Shown: positions 45,510 through 55,836 of the stretch, in pieces
Layout: every line of letters begins with the position of its first letter
Position numbering within the stretch: position 1 is the stretch's first letter
From: an uncultured delta proteobacterium
GTDB lineage: Bacteria; Desulfobacterota; Desulfobulbia; Desulfobulbales; Desulfocapsaceae
Assembly (NCBI GenBank): GCA_963824415.1
Contig: CAWGPM010000016.1
Location: 4,018-68,017, forward strand
Reading direction: 5' to 3'
Length of the DNA stretch: 64,000 nt
The notes under the pieces: model-generated
The model's database searches: none
What the model was told of the DNA's origin: nothing
Seen by the model: only the letters and a program-made list of their open reading frames with translations
Translations under genes and position numbers: made by a program

Positions 45510-47366
45510 CTACGCTTCAGGGTTGCCGCCGGCCCAGGCGTTATCGATTTCTTCCATATCTCCAGCCATGTCCAGCGTGATCAGTTCTTCGAGTTCTTCA
45601 TTGTGCTTCCGGTACATGGTGGCGTAATTCTCACGGTCTTCGCGGTTGATCCGGTAGAGTTCAGGTAAGGTTTCCTCATCCTTTTTCCTGAACAGGCGCA
45701 TGAGTCGATAGGCTTCATAAGGCGGGAATCCAAGAAGCTGAAGGGCATCACAGCCGAGCGACAGGGCGCTGCCGAATGTTTCACGGCGCAGGGTGGCAAC
45801 ATCGAGGTCCATCAGGTCATAAGCTGCAGCCCGGTCGGCAGCGTTTGCAGCTATTTTCAGGTGCGGATAGTGCTTGCGGGCGAGCTTAACCAGCTGCCGT
45901 GCTTTGTCCACGTCCCCGATGGTGATGATCAACAATTCGGCTTCTGCCGCTCCGGCGGCTTCCAGCAGGTCAAGACGGGTGATGTCGCCGTAGTAGACTT
46001 CAAACCCGAACCTTCTGAGGACCTCAACATTACCTGCATCGTGATCCAGAATGACCGGTTTGATGCCGGCGGAAATGAGCAGCCTGCCGAGATCCGTTCC
46101 GAGCCTGCCGAAGCCGGCCAGAATGACTCTATGACCTTGCGTTTCGATGGCATCGGTATCTCTTGCCTCGCTTTCCTCCGGATGTTTTCGGCCGATCATT
46201 TTTTCATGCAGCAGGAAAAAGAGCGGGGTCAGAAACATCGATATCGCCACCGCCGAGATAAGCGGGGCAATCACCTGATCAGGCAGCACGCCGCTGCTTT
46301 TGGAGAACTGGAAGAGCACAAAGGCAAATTCACCGCCCTGGGCCAAGGCAAGAGAGAACAGGGGCCGTTCCCGTTTTGTCATCCTGAAAATGAAAGCGGT
46401 GATCATCAACACCGCCCATTTGCAGCCGATCAGAAGGATAACCAGCCCTATGATCAGAAGTATCTCGCTGCCGATAAGGGTGAAATTGAGACTTGCTCCG
46501 ACCGAGATAAAGAAAATACCGAGCAGAAGTCCCTTGAACGGTTCAATATCGCTTTCCAACTCATGCCGGTACTCACTGTCGGCCAGGACTACGCCGGCCA
46601 GAAAGGTGCCCAGCGCCGGTGACAGGCCAACAACCGTCATCAGCAGGGAAATACCGACCACCAGACCGAGAGCTGCGGCTACGAAGATCTCACGCACACG
46701 GGTTGCGGCGATGGCTCGAAAGATAGGTCGGGCGGCAAATTTGCCGACAAAAAATACCAGCAGGATGGCCAGCAGCGTCATCAGGATGCGCAGATACCCG
46801 GGCAGTGCGGCAAAATCGAAGAGCGCCGAGGGATGATGGCCGCCGTCAGCCAGGGGCAGAGTGGCCAGCAGCGGCAGGACGGCAAGTATCGGTATGACGG
46901 CCAGGTCCTGGAAGAGCAGGACCGAAAAAATCGACCGGCCCGGCGCCGTGTTCATCAAGCCTTTTTCGCGCAGGGTCTGAAGCACGATTGCCGTTGAGGA
47001 AAGCGACAGCGTCAGACCGATGGCCACTGCCTGCTCCCAGGGCAGAAACAGCCCTGCTAGGGCTGCTGCAAAGGCGCCGGTCAGCAGGACCTGGAATCCA
47101 CCCATACCGAGAATCGGTACCCGCATCTGCCAGAGCAGCGAAGGCTGCAACTCGAGACCCACCAGAAAAAGCATCATCACCACGCCGAACTCGGTGAAAT
47201 GCATCACTTCCTCGATATCTCCGATCAGCGACAGGCCGAAGGGGCCGATAACAATGCCCGCAATAAGATAGCCCAGCACGGAGCCCAGGCCGAATTTTTT
47301 GGCCAGGGGCACCGCAATGGATGCTGCGGCCAGAAAGACGAATAGTTGAAGCAGAAAGTGTTCCAT
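45510..47366 (-). CDS. kefC: glutathione-regulated K+ efflux antiporter (KefC/KefB type)
   Basis: 618 aa. CPA2 membrane domain plus C-terminal KTN/RCK domain ([18 protein letters not shown]). Confidence 0.85.
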   Translation of the reverse strand: MEHFLLQLFVFLAAASIAVPLAKKFGLGSVLGYLIAGIVIGPFGLSLIGDIEEVMHFTEFGVVMMLFLVGLELQPSLLWQMRVPILGMGGFQVLLTGAFAAALAGLFLPWEQAVAIGLTLSLSSTAIVLQTLREKGLMNTAPGRSIFSVLLFQDLAVIPILAVLPLLATLPLADGGHHPSALFDFAALPGYLRILMTLLAILLVFFVGKFAARPIFRAIAATRVREIFVAAALGLVVGISLLMTVVGLSPALGTFLAGVVLADSEYRHELESDIEPFKGLLLGIFFISVGASLNFTLIGSEILLIIGLVILLIGCKWAVLMITAFIFRMTKRERPLFSLALAQGGEFAFVLFQFSKSSGVLPDQVIAPLISAVAISMFLTPLFFLLHEKMIGRKHPEESEARDTDAIETQGHRVILAGFGRLGTDLGRLLISAGIKPVILDHDAGNVEVLRRFGFEVYYGDITRLDLLEAAGAAEAELLIITIGDVDKARQLVKLARKHYPHLKIAANAADRAAAYDLMDLDVATLRRETFGSALSLGCDALQLLGFPPYEAYRLMRLFRKKDEETLPELYRINREDRENYATMYRKHNEELEELITLDMAGDMEEIDNAWAGGNPEA

Positions 47367-47368
47367 GA

Positions 47369-47977
47369 TCAGGGGCTCTCGATGGCGCTGTTCAGGTCGC
47401 TGTTCAGATAGTGGTCCTTGCGGACTTTTGCCAGATTGAGGGTTTCATCGCGCAGGGCGATGACCGCCCGCCGGTAGTCCTCGGCAAAGCTGTTGATCCG
47501 GTTTTCCGGCAATCCCCGGTGAATGCCGAGAACCGCGAACGGTGGCAGCCACTGCATACGGCACAGGTTGGCGGTTGCCCGAAAGGGTGAGGTCAGCTCA
47601 TGGATCGTGAAATGATTAGTACCCCGTTTTCGGTAGCTCGCATCGTCACCACCGGCTGTCAGGGCCTGCAGCAGGTACTTGCCTTCAAGCGCCCGTCCTT
47701 CAGAGCCATAGGCCCAGCCATGCTGCAATACCAGGTCCAGCCATTCCTTGATGATAGAGGGCGTGGAATACCAATAGAAGGGGTGCTGAAAGATGATAAT
47801 GTCGTGTTCTTCGCAGCGATTCTGCTCTTGTTCGACATCGATAAGAAAATCAGGATAATGTGCGTACAAGTCATGAAACGTAACATTGTCCAGGTGCTCG
47901 ACACCGCGTCGCAGAGCCGTATTGATGACCGAACGTGATATCTTCGGGTGGGCAAAGAGGATAAGTACTTTTTTCAT
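47369..47977 (-). CDS. kefF: KefF/KefG-type flavodoxin-like NAD(P)H quinone oxidoreductase ancillary subunit
   Basis: [19 protein letters not shown]. Ends 3 nt before the kefC start, the same order as E. coli kefF-kefC. The track ORF extends to 48049. Confidence 0.8.
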   Translation of the reverse strand: MKKVLILFAHPKISRSVINTALRRGVEHLDNVTFHDLYAHYPDFLIDVEQEQNRCEEHDIIIFQHPFYWYSTPSIIKEWLDLVLQHGWAYGSEGRALEGKYLLQALTAGGDDASYRKRGTNHFTIHELTSPFRATANLCRMQWLPPFAVLGIHRGLPENRINSFAEDYRRAVIALRDETLNLAKVRKDHYLNSDLNSAIESP

Positions 47978-48011
47978 AGAAATCTTTTGACGCCAAAGCC
48001 TTGAGATAGAC

Positions 48012-49151
48012 TCAGATAAAGCGCTGCATGATGGTCTGGATGACCTCATCCATGTTGTCCGGGGTTATTCCGTGCGCTTTGCAGACCGTCAGCACCGAGT
48101 CGCGCAGCCGTGGGTCATTGAGGTCCGCCAGGTGCGACATGCGGTTGCTCCTCCTGCCGATGCAGAAAATCATCTGCTTTTCCGGGTCGAGGGCCAGGAA
48201 CTCATCGAGGCTGTCGAGCATCTTCTGCCGGTCGCCGGGCAGTTGGCCGTCGATCTCATGAAACAGGTTCAGGATGTGATCGCTGCGTATCGCGCTGGTG
48301 ATGCCCGTGAGTGATCCGAGGAAATGGCGCAGTTCACGGGCCGTGTCGACTTCACCCAGTTTATTGAATTCACCCGCTTCATACTGGGCGGTGAGCGGCG
48401 CTGAGCCGGGCAGGGCCAAACTGCGCAGCCTGATGAAATCGGGATTGATCTGGTTCAGTGCATCTGCCGTTTCAGCGGCATGCTCGCCTGAGAGCTTTTT
48501 CCCGCCGAGCCCGGGCATGAAATATTCGGACAATTCCATACCGGCACGCTTCACTTTCTGGCCGGCCAGAATCTGGGTCTTTTTATCCACCCCTTTTTTA
48601 ACCATTTTCAGTACCGTATCTGATCCGGACTCCATACCGATATGGATACGGTTCAGGCCCGCCTCGGCCATCTGCTGCAGGTGTTCGTCGCTGATCCGGG
48701 CGATGGTGCGGGAGCGACCATAGGAGGTGATTCGCTCCACCATCGGAAAACTGGTGCTGAGATGCTTGAGGATGTTAATGAGATCGAGCGGTTTGATTAT
48801 CAGGGAGTTGCCGTCCTGCAGGAAGATCGACTTCATGCCGCCGGCCACGAAATGATAGGCCGCCTGAAAGGCCGCTTCGTCGCTCAGAGCCGCCCGGTTG
48901 AAATCTCCATAGCGGGCAGGCCCTGTCCGCCTGGCCAGAAGGATCTGCTCGACACACTCCTTCACGGTGTCGATGTCTCTGAGCACATGGGCAACCGGCC
49001 GCAGGCTGAAGGTTTCTCTTTTGTAGACTGGGCAGAACGTACAGCGGTTCCAGGGACAGTTTCTGGTTATCCTGATTAACAGACTGGCCGCTTCGCTAGG
49101 CGGACGGATAGGGCCCTGCTCAAAACCCTGGTATGGTTCGGGCTGTTTCAT
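48012..49151 (-). CDS. radical SAM domain protein, function unknown
   Basis: [31 protein letters not shown] cysteine cluster (read as Cx4Cx2C), followed by TIM-barrel-like [14 protein letters not shown] and [11 protein letters not shown]. Confidence 0.75.
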   Translation of the reverse strand: MKQPEPYQGFEQGPIRPPSEAASLLIRITRNCPWNRCTFCPVYKRETFSLRPVAHVLRDIDTVKECVEQILLARRTGPARYGDFNRAALSDEAAFQAAYHFVAGGMKSIFLQDGNSLIIKPLDLINILKHLSTSFPMVERITSYGRSRTIARISDEHLQQMAEAGLNRIHIGMESGSDTVLKMVKKGVDKKTQILAGQKVKRAGMELSEYFMPGLGGKKLSGEHAAETADALNQINPDFIRLRSLALPGSAPLTAQYEAGEFNKLGEVDTARELRHFLGSLTGITSAIRSDHILNLFHEIDGQLPGDRQKMLDSLDEFLALDPEKQMIFCIGRRSNRMSHLADLNDPRLRDSVLTVCKAHGITPDNMDEVIQTIMQRFI

Positions 49152-49291
49152 ATGCTCAAGTTAAGCACCGCGATTTATTTTCAGAGACATCTCGAAACTA
49201 AGTACGTCTGCTTTGATTAAATAACTATTTTACCGCACATTGCAACGCACCAGCAGATCTGCTCGGCCTGGAGGCCTGATGTTCATCCTGC

Positions 49292-49319
49292 TTGACAACC
49301 ACATTGTGGTATGTATTAT
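49292..49319 (+). promoter_or_regulatory. sigma-70 promoter candidate with a palindrome in the spacer
   Basis: TTGACA (49292..49297), 16-nt spacer, TATTAT (49314..49319). The spacer holds ACCACAtTGTGGT (49298..49310). Confidence 0.4.
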
Positions 49320-49563
49320 ATTGAACTAGACACCAGGCACCCTATGCCACCCCCAAATACAGACCTGTCCGAGGCGATCACTTACTGCAATCGCAAAGTC
49401 AAAGGCACTAGCCTTGTCCGTATCTTTCGGCACACGCTGTCTGGCGGTTATCATCGTGAGATGCTTAAGCAGCAGGAATCGATTCCATAATCGTTTTTCC
49501 GCTATATTTCGTCTCACCGTTAACCGTCTTTGAAGCGATATATAATTATTTGCGAGGCAAGCA

Positions 49564-49821
49564 ATGAAAAGTAACATTTCTCAACCCGAATACGGTCCGT
49601 CCCACTGGGATATCGATCTGTCTTTCGATCTCGATCTCAGTTTCTCAGAATACCTGCTTATCGGAGCCTATCTGCTCTTCTGCGCACCGGCTTTGCTGCT
49701 GGTAGATTGTGTGAATTATTGTTACTGCGGGCTTAAAAACCTTTTCAATCAGGAGAAACAGCCCGAGACGTCAGGTGGAGCCCGGGTGGGAATACTGGCG
49801 AGTATTACAAAACTGTTTTGA
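49564..49821 (+). CDS. small Cys-rich single-TM hypothetical protein (85 aa)
   Basis: GAGG lies 6 nt upstream of the ATG. DIDLSFDLDLSF, then TM LLIGAYLLFCAPALLLV, then CVNYCYCG. No family recognised. Confidence 0.3.
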   Translation: MKSNISQPEYGPSHWDIDLSFDLDLSFSEYLLIGAYLLFCAPALLLVDCVNYCYCGLKNLFNQEKQPETSGGARVGILASITKLF

Positions 49822-49856
49822 AGGATTGAAAACGCGGAACAAACGCTCCGTTCAAA

Positions 49857-50621
49857 TCAGAGAAAGTCAACCAGCAGTTCCCTGAACCGCTCCCGCGCCT
49901 CGATGTGGACCAGGTGGCCGGTCTCTGGCACCGTTACAAGCCGGGCCTGGGGAAAGAGATCATTGATCGATTCGAGGTCCTGATCTTCGATATAATTCGA
50001 CATTTCACCGCGGATAAACAGGGCTTCCACCTGATTGGCCGGACCGGAAATCTCGGCGCCGATATATTCCCTTGCATCAAGGAGGGTCTGCAGGTTGGGC
50101 TTCCACGCCAAGGTGCTGTCGGCGGAGTTGGTCAGGTTGCTGAGCAGAAACTGGCGGTAAATCGTCGAAGGTATCTGTTCGATGAGCAGTGTATCGGCCT
50201 GCTTTCTTGAGCTCAGGGTGGCGAGGTCGATGGCCAGCATGGCTTCGAGATATTTCAGCCAGTGGGGATCGACATATCGTTTCGGTGCGATATCCACTAC
50301 AACCAGCTTTTCGACCCGCTCGGGAAAAGACAGCGCATACTGCATCGCGCATTTGCCCCCCATCGAATGCCCGACGATGGCGGCCTGATCGATACCGTGA
50401 TCGTCCATAAAGCCGCCGAGATCCGCCGCCATGGTCTGGTAGGTCATGGTCCGGTGGTGAAAGGACTCGCCATGATTGCGCAGATCCAGAGCCAGCACCC
50501 GGTGATTTTCGCCTAGGGCCTTACCGATTCCGGCCATGTTGGTCTTCGAACCGAGCAGGCCGTGCAGCAGGATCACCGGTGGTCCCGAACGCTTTTCACC
50601 GAATTCGAGATAGGCAAGCAT
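49857..50621 (-). CDS. alpha/beta hydrolase (YbfF-like esterase)
   Basis: PVILLHGLLGS, nucleophile elbow GHSMGG, C-terminal GHLVH. Confidence 0.85.
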   Translation of the reverse strand: MLAYLEFGEKRSGPPVILLHGLLGSKTNMAGIGKALGENHRVLALDLRNHGESFHHRTMTYQTMAADLGGFMDDHGIDQAAIVGHSMGGKCAMQYALSFPERVEKLVVVDIAPKRYVDPHWLKYLEAMLAIDLATLSSRKQADTLLIEQIPSTIYRQFLLSNLTNSADSTLAWKPNLQTLLDAREYIGAEISGPANQVEALFIRGEMSNYIEDQDLESINDLFPQARLVTVPETGHLVHIEARERFRELLVDFL

Positions 50622-50637
50622 CAGGCTGTGACACTGC

Positions 50638-51399
50638 TCAACTGAAGCATTTTATAACCTCGGAAAGATACAGCACCCCGTTGAAGTCCAGATTCTCCGG
50701 AGCTTTGCTGAGCACACCTTGGGGGCCGTCTTCGTCACCGAGGCAGCTCACGATAATGAAAGCCGATGAAAGATCTTCATCTTCGGTGTAGCCGTTGGTT
50801 GTGGCGATCACCTGCAAACCTGCCGCGGTGGCGGCTGCAACTCCAATGGCCGAGTCTTCGACCACGATACAGGCCTCAGGCGCAAGACCTGTTTTCTGAA
50901 GAGCCATATTGTATATTTCCGGGTCAGGTTTTTTCCTGGTCACCATATCGCCGGCCAGAATATGGGCAAAACTGATCTCATGCAGCATGGTATCGGTGAT
51001 TTTAGCGGCGTTCTGCTCAGCTGCGGTGGTGCACAAACAGATCTGGATATCCGCGTCCATCGCTTCGAGCATAAAGCGCTTGATGCCCGGTCGCAAAGGC
51101 AGGGCTCCGGTCTCGATCATCTGTAGAAAAATCTCGGTTTTCTTCAGGTGAACAGTCAGCAGGTGCTCAGCCATCTCTTCTTCTGAGAGCTCCTGGAACA
51201 ATCCTTCTTCGGCAAAATAGGCCCGCATGCGCTCCTTGCCGCCGGCCACCTGGAGGAGTTGATGGTAGCGCTCTTCATCCCAGTTGAAATCGTAACCGAA
51301 GAACTTGAAAGCCTGGTTGAACGCCACCCGGTGACCGTCCCGCTCGGTGTCGATAATGACTCCATCCATATCGAAAAAAAGTGCCTTGATGTCTGCCAT
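50638..51399 (-). CDS. HAD-superfamily phosphatase, CbbY-like
   Basis: ALFFDMDGVIIDTERDGHRVAFNQAF and VVEDSAIGVAAATAAG. Start ATG 51399 follows GGGAGA; the track ORF N-terminal extension runs into a repeat fragment. Confidence 0.75.
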   Translation of the reverse strand: MADIKALFFDMDGVIIDTERDGHRVAFNQAFKFFGYDFNWDEERYHQLLQVAGGKERMRAYFAEEGLFQELSEEEMAEHLLTVHLKKTEIFLQMIETGALPLRPGIKRFMLEAMDADIQICLCTTAAEQNAAKITDTMLHEISFAHILAGDMVTRKKPDPEIYNMALQKTGLAPEACIVVEDSAIGVAAATAAGLQVIATTNGYTEDEDLSSAFIIVSCLGDEDGPQGVLSKAPENLDFNGVLYLSEVIKCFS

Positions 51400-51411
51400 G
51401 GTGTTTCTCCC

Positions 51412-51443
51412 TTGAACTAAAATCCTCATTTTGCAAGGTGCCC
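51412..51443 (+). repeat. family-1 repeat, 32-bp right-end fragment
   Basis: TTGAACTAAAATCCTCATTTTGCAAGGTGCCC, identical in layout to the right end of the full copies. Confidence 0.7.
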
Positions 51444-51455
51444 TAAAGTCTGGGT

Positions 51456-52328
51456 TCAGGCCTTGCCACTACTGCCCAGCAGATCCATCCATTTTTCTAT
51501 GCAGCCGATGATTGACTCGGTCACGGCCAGATCGACCTTGCCGGGGTTGTACTGGTCCCGGTTGGCTGAAATATAATCAAAGGTGGTGTCCAGCAGCACA
51601 TGTTTGAGTTCTGTTGAAACATTGAATTTTGATCCCCCCAGTGCTACCAGTTTGCGGACGACGCCGGGGGCCAGACCGGTACCGCCGTGAATGACGATGG
51701 GTGTCGTCGGTTCGACCCCGTTGATCATGTCCGCTATGGTTGCCAGCCGGTCGAAATCGAGTTTCGGATTGCTCGTTTTATAGACGCCGTGGGCGGTGCC
51801 GATGGCTGGGGCGAGCAGGTCGATGCCGGTCCGTTCGACGAATTCAATGGCCATCTCCGGGTCGCACAACTGGGCTGCGTCCTCGGCCACGATGACCTGA
51901 TCTTCGATGCCCGAGACCGTGCCCAGTTCTCCTTCAACCGATAGATCCCGGGCATGGCAGTAGTCGCTTACCTCTCTGGTCTGCCGGATATTTTCTTCGA
52001 AATCGTGGTGCGACGCATCGATCATGATGTTGGTATAGCCCACGTCTGCGCAGGTTTTGCAATAGTCTACATCGTTGCAGTGATCGAGATGCAGGCAGAT
52101 CGGAATCGGTGCCTGTTCGGCGATGGTCCTATATACCGCTCCCAAGACCTCGGGTTGAAGAAACTTGGAGGGCGACACGGAGGTCTGGATAATCAGCGGG
52201 GATTTTTTCCTGACTGCCGCTTCCACCACGGCCTTCATCTGGATGATATTGGTGATATTAAAGGCCCCCACGGCATACTTTTCAGCAGTGGCCTTAAGCA
52301 GCATCTGTTTGGCATTTTCTATGGCCAT
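51456..52328 (-). CDS. class II fructose/ketose-bisphosphate aldolase
   Basis: YAVGAFNITN, PICLHLDHC, IMIDASH, EGELGTVSG, IHGGTG. ~290 aa. Start ATG 52328; the track ORF extends to 52484. Confidence 0.85.
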   Translation of the reverse strand: MAIENAKQMLLKATAEKYAVGAFNITNIIQMKAVVEAAVRKKSPLIIQTSVSPSKFLQPEVLGAVYRTIAEQAPIPICLHLDHCNDVDYCKTCADVGYTNIMIDASHHDFEENIRQTREVSDYCHARDLSVEGELGTVSGIEDQVIVAEDAAQLCDPEMAIEFVERTGIDLLAPAIGTAHGVYKTSNPKLDFDRLATIADMINGVEPTTPIVIHGGTGLAPGVVRKLVALGGSKFNVSTELKHVLLDTTFDYISANRDQYNPGKVDLAVTESIIGCIEKWMDLLGSSGKA

Positions 52329-52488
52329 CTTGTTCCCTCTTGCGTCTTGTGTTGAATCTTTTGAAATGAGAAAGATTTGTGCAGCGGAATTACGGTAACG
52401 TTTACGCGCGAGCTTTGCAAGTTTGTATGCATGATCAAGCGATAAGATAAGATAAATTATGAACAGGAAAAAAGCTGATTTCAAAAAT

Positions 52489-52512
52489 ATATTTCTATAT
52501 TTCTAGAAATAT
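52489..52512. promoter_or_regulatory. perfect 16-bp palindrome plus direct repeat, candidate ArsR/SmtB operator
   Basis: ATATTTCTAGAAATAT (52497..52512), preceded by a direct copy of ATATTTCT (52489..52496), 85 nt upstream of the ArsR-family gene. Confidence 0.45.
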
Positions 52513-52596
52513 GGTTTATAGAGTGGGTGAATAGCGGTAAATTGACGTGTATTGAACAACAACACTTATGAACCGATATATTTCGGAGGCAATCGG

Positions 52597-52911
52597 ATGG
52601 AACTTGAGCAAGCGGCACAGCGCTGTGCTGAGCTGGGCAACACCACACGCCTGTCCATTTTCCGCCTGCTGGTCAGGGCCGGGAAAAACGGTCTGCCGGT
52701 TGGTGCCATCGGCAGACACCTGGACATTCCCGGCTCGACCCTGAACCATCATATTCAGCGGCTGGTTCAGGTTGGGTTGATCAACCAGCGCAAACAGAGC
52801 CGGACCATCCACTGCGAGCCCCAGATGGGTGCGGTCAGGGCGCTGGCCGAGTACCTGCTGTCGGAATGTTGTTCGCTGCAGACCGAGGCGGCGGTTGTGG
52901 ATGCTCGATAG
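52597..52911 (+). CDS. ArsR/SmtB family transcriptional regulator
   Basis: ELGNTTRLSIFRLLVRAGKNGLPVGAIGRHLDIPGSTLNHHIQRLVQVGLI wHTH. GGAGG lies 7 nt upstream of ATG 52597. Confidence 0.85.
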   Translation: MELEQAAQRCAELGNTTRLSIFRLLVRAGKNGLPVGAIGRHLDIPGSTLNHHIQRLVQVGLINQRKQSRTIHCEPQMGAVRALAEYLLSECCSLQTEAAVVDAR

Positions 52912-52967
52912 GTGAATGGCCGAGCTGAATATTGTGATAACAGATTTTTATCAATAAAAGCAGGTGT

Positions 52968-54032
52968 ATGACCATGGAAAGCAGTGGCGTGATGATTAAG
53001 GAAACCCTGGTATTTTTCATTTACACGATGACCGAGCTGACCCTGCTCTTTATCGGAATCAGTTTTCTGGTCGGCGTGATCAATGAGTTTATTCCCCAGG
53101 ATAAGGTGAGGCGCTGGCTTTCAGGAAAAAACGGCAGCGGCTATCTGATCGGCTCGGTTCTCGGTGGGCTCACTCCGTTTTGCAGCTGCTCGACTATTCC
53201 GGTCACCATCGGGTTGCTGCGGGCCGGGGCCGGCTTCGGGCCGACCATGGCCTTTTTGTTCACTTCGCCGCTGGTCAACCCGATAATCATTCCACTCTTC
53301 CTGACCATGCTGGGTCCCAAGGTGACCTTAGTCTATGCGCTGGTCGCCATCGGTATGACGATTGTGATCAGCTTTCTGCTCGAGCAGGCCGGGTTTCTGC
53401 GCTTCGTGATGTTCGACGTGATTAACGGCAGTCAGGCTGCGGCAGCCACCAATAACGGCGATGCGGTGCAGCTCTCCACCCCCTGCTGCGCAGGCCAGCC
53501 GGGTCCGCTGCCTATTGTCCAGTTCCAGCAGGCAGCGGGCTGCTGTGACTCGAGCCCTGCAATTTCTGCAAAGCCACTGGGTGACGCAGGGTTTTCGATA
53601 CCGATATACACCGAGCAGCCAAACCGCTGGAGAAGAATTTTCAACGAAGCACTCCGCCAGTTCAAGAGCCTGCTGCCCTTTGTTATCCTGGGAGTGGCGA
53701 TCGGCTCAGTGATCCACGGTTTTCTGCCGGCGGATCTGGTGGCCCGTCTGGCCGGTGCAGACAATCCGCTGGCTGTGCCGGTCTCTGCGCTTGTAGGGAT
53801 ACCCCTGTATCTGCGGGTCAGCACCATGGTGCCGATTGCCGCCAGCCTGATCGCCAAGGGCATGAGCGTTGGTGCAGTGGTGGCGCTGATCATTGGCGGC
53901 GCCGGGGCCAGTCTGCCGGAGATGGCCATGCTCAAAGGCATGTTTCGCTGGCCGCTGCTGGCCGCTTTTATCGCCTCGGTGATGGTGATGGCTGTTTCGG
54001 CAGGTTTTCTGGTAAATATCATTGTTTTATGA
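52968..54032 (+). CDS. UPF0718/DUF318 permease (ArsP-like)
   Basis: 354 aa, ~8-10 TM. LTPFCSCSTIPV vicinal-cysteine motif plus a central Cys-rich loop (STPCCAGQPG...AAGCCDSS). Confidence 0.7.
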   Translation: MTMESSGVMIKETLVFFIYTMTELTLLFIGISFLVGVINEFIPQDKVRRWLSGKNGSGYLIGSVLGGLTPFCSCSTIPVTIGLLRAGAGFGPTMAFLFTSPLVNPIIIPLFLTMLGPKVTLVYALVAIGMTIVISFLLEQAGFLRFVMFDVINGSQAAAATNNGDAVQLSTPCCAGQPGPLPIVQFQQAAGCCDSSPAISAKPLGDAGFSIPIYTEQPNRWRRIFNEALRQFKSLLPFVILGVAIGSVIHGFLPADLVARLAGADNPLAVPVSALVGIPLYLRVSTMVPIAASLIAKGMSVGAVVALIIGGAGASLPEMAMLKGMFRWPLLAAFIASVMVMAVSAGFLVNIIVL

Positions 54033-54079
54033 TACCGTGGTGCGCACTGTGTTAACCTTGCTCTCATTCGGGATCAGTC

Positions 54080-55480
54080 ATGCAGCAGCCTGAACCAAAT
54101 ACCGCACTGGAGCGCTCGGCGCTGATCGTCGCGACCCTGACTTCCTTTATGGGGCCGTTCATGATCTCTTCGATTAATGTGGCCCTGCCCAATATCCAGG
54201 CGGACCTGGATCTGGATGCGGTGCAGCTCAGCTGGATCGCCACCTCCTATCTGCTGGCGGTGGCGGTTGGACTGGTGCCTGCCGGCAAGATCGCCGATAT
54301 TCATGGGCGCAAGAAAATTTTCGCCACCGGCCTGGCGGTCTATACGGTGGGGTCGTTTCTGGCTGCATTCGTCGGCTCGGCGGCCGCCCTGATTGCCCTG
54401 CGCCTGGTTCAGGGGCTGGGTGCGGCGATGTTCGTGACCACCGGCATGGCCATACTGACCTCCATATTCCCGCCCCAGCGACGGGGCAGGGCAATCGGCC
54501 TCTATGTGGCGGCGGTCTACATCGGCCTCTCCGTCGGTCCGTTCGTCGGCGGCATGATGACCCATTACCTGGGCTGGCGGTCGATATTCGTTGTCATGCT
54601 GCCGCTGGGCCTGTTTTCTCTGCTCCTGACCTTCTACTACCTGAAAGGGGAGTGGCGGGGGGAACCGGATCAGAAGCTCGACATCGTGGGCTGCGTGCTC
54701 TATGGCTCGTCCATTCTGGCGCTGGTCTACGGCGCCACCAGGCTGCCCTCGCTGCCCGGTGTCATCTTGCTGGCGGCCGGCGCCCTGCTGTTTATCGTCT
54801 TTTTCCGATACCAGCTCTCGGCCCGCTTCCCGGTGTTCGATGTCAGGCTGTTTGCGGCCAACCGTCCATTTACCTATTCCAGCCTGGCGGCCCTGCTCAA
54901 TTATTCGGCGACCTTTGCGGTTACCTTTCTGATGAGTCTTTACCTGCAGTACATCAAGGGCATGTCGCCGCAGACTGCAGGCAGTATCCTGATGGCTCAG
55001 CCGGTGATGATGGCCTTTCTGTCACCAATCACCGGCAGGCTGTCTGATCGCATCGAGCCCCGTCTGCTGGCCACAGCGGGCATGTCGATCACGGTGCTTG
55101 GCGTTTTGATTTTCTCCCGGATCGGCCCGGACACTGCCCTGGTGCTGATCGTCGCCAACCTGATCCTGCTCGGCACCGGATTTGCGCTGTTCAGTTCGCC
55201 GAACATGAGCGCCATCATGGGCACCGTGGAAAGACGCTACTATGGTCTGGCTTCAGGCACCGTGGCCACCATGCGGCTGCTCGGTCAGATGTTCAGTATG
55301 GCGATGGCCACTGTGGTGCTGGCCCTGATCGTCGGGCACAATGTCATTACGCCTGACAACTACCATCTGTTTCTACGCAGCATGCACACGGTCTTTACCA
55401 TTTCGGCTCTGCTCTGCCTGACGGGTGTCTACTTTTCCTGGTTCCGCGGCTCGGTCCTCGAGCAGAATCGGACGCCATAG
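54080..55480 (+). CDS. MFS transporter, DHA2 (14-TM drug/H+ antiporter) type
   Basis: 466 aa. GKIADIHGRKKIF (motif A-like) and LVQGLGAAM. Confidence 0.8.
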   Translation: MQQPEPNTALERSALIVATLTSFMGPFMISSINVALPNIQADLDLDAVQLSWIATSYLLAVAVGLVPAGKIADIHGRKKIFATGLAVYTVGSFLAAFVGSAAALIALRLVQGLGAAMFVTTGMAILTSIFPPQRRGRAIGLYVAAVYIGLSVGPFVGGMMTHYLGWRSIFVVMLPLGLFSLLLTFYYLKGEWRGEPDQKLDIVGCVLYGSSILALVYGATRLPSLPGVILLAAGALLFIVFFRYQLSARFPVFDVRLFAANRPFTYSSLAALLNYSATFAVTFLMSLYLQYIKGMSPQTAGSILMAQPVMMAFLSPITGRLSDRIEPRLLATAGMSITVLGVLIFSRIGPDTALVLIVANLILLGTGFALFSSPNMSAIMGTVERRYYGLASGTVATMRLLGQMFSMAMATVVLALIVGHNVITPDNYHLFLRSMHTVFTISALLCLTGVYFSWFRGSVLEQNRTP

Positions 55481-55836
55481 GAAATTGGTTATAGAGTGTT
55501 TCGGGGCCTGCCGTTGCGCGAGCGGATAGGACTGACTTATGATCCGTCCGCGGCTGTTTGCCTATCTCCCACAATTCCAGATTTTAATCATGCAGTGCTG
55601 CATATCTCCAGTTGTTTTTCCGTTTAATTGTGCCGAGTCGAGGCAACTTCGGATTGCATTTGATATTATTTTTTTACGGCGCTAGAATTATACAAGTCTG
55701 GCCCACTAAACTGACACTATTTCAATATTTTGGTGTCACTTGCCTGATAGTCTGAACGAGACTGCTCAAGCCTGCATTTACCCAACTCACTAATGGGTGG
55801 AGATGAGTGTCCAGCCTTTTATCGGAGGTCAAGGCA

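Noticed and set aside
49326-49577. Minus-strand 83-aa ORF with a faint resemblance to the C-terminus of IS4/IS5-type transposases (RNIAEKRLWNRFLLLK...).
   Set aside because: Only a loose R-x3-E...K pattern matches, with no Y-x2-R. My translation of the adjacent upstream frames shows nothing transposase-like, and I saw no terminal repeats. This is too weak to call an IS remnant.
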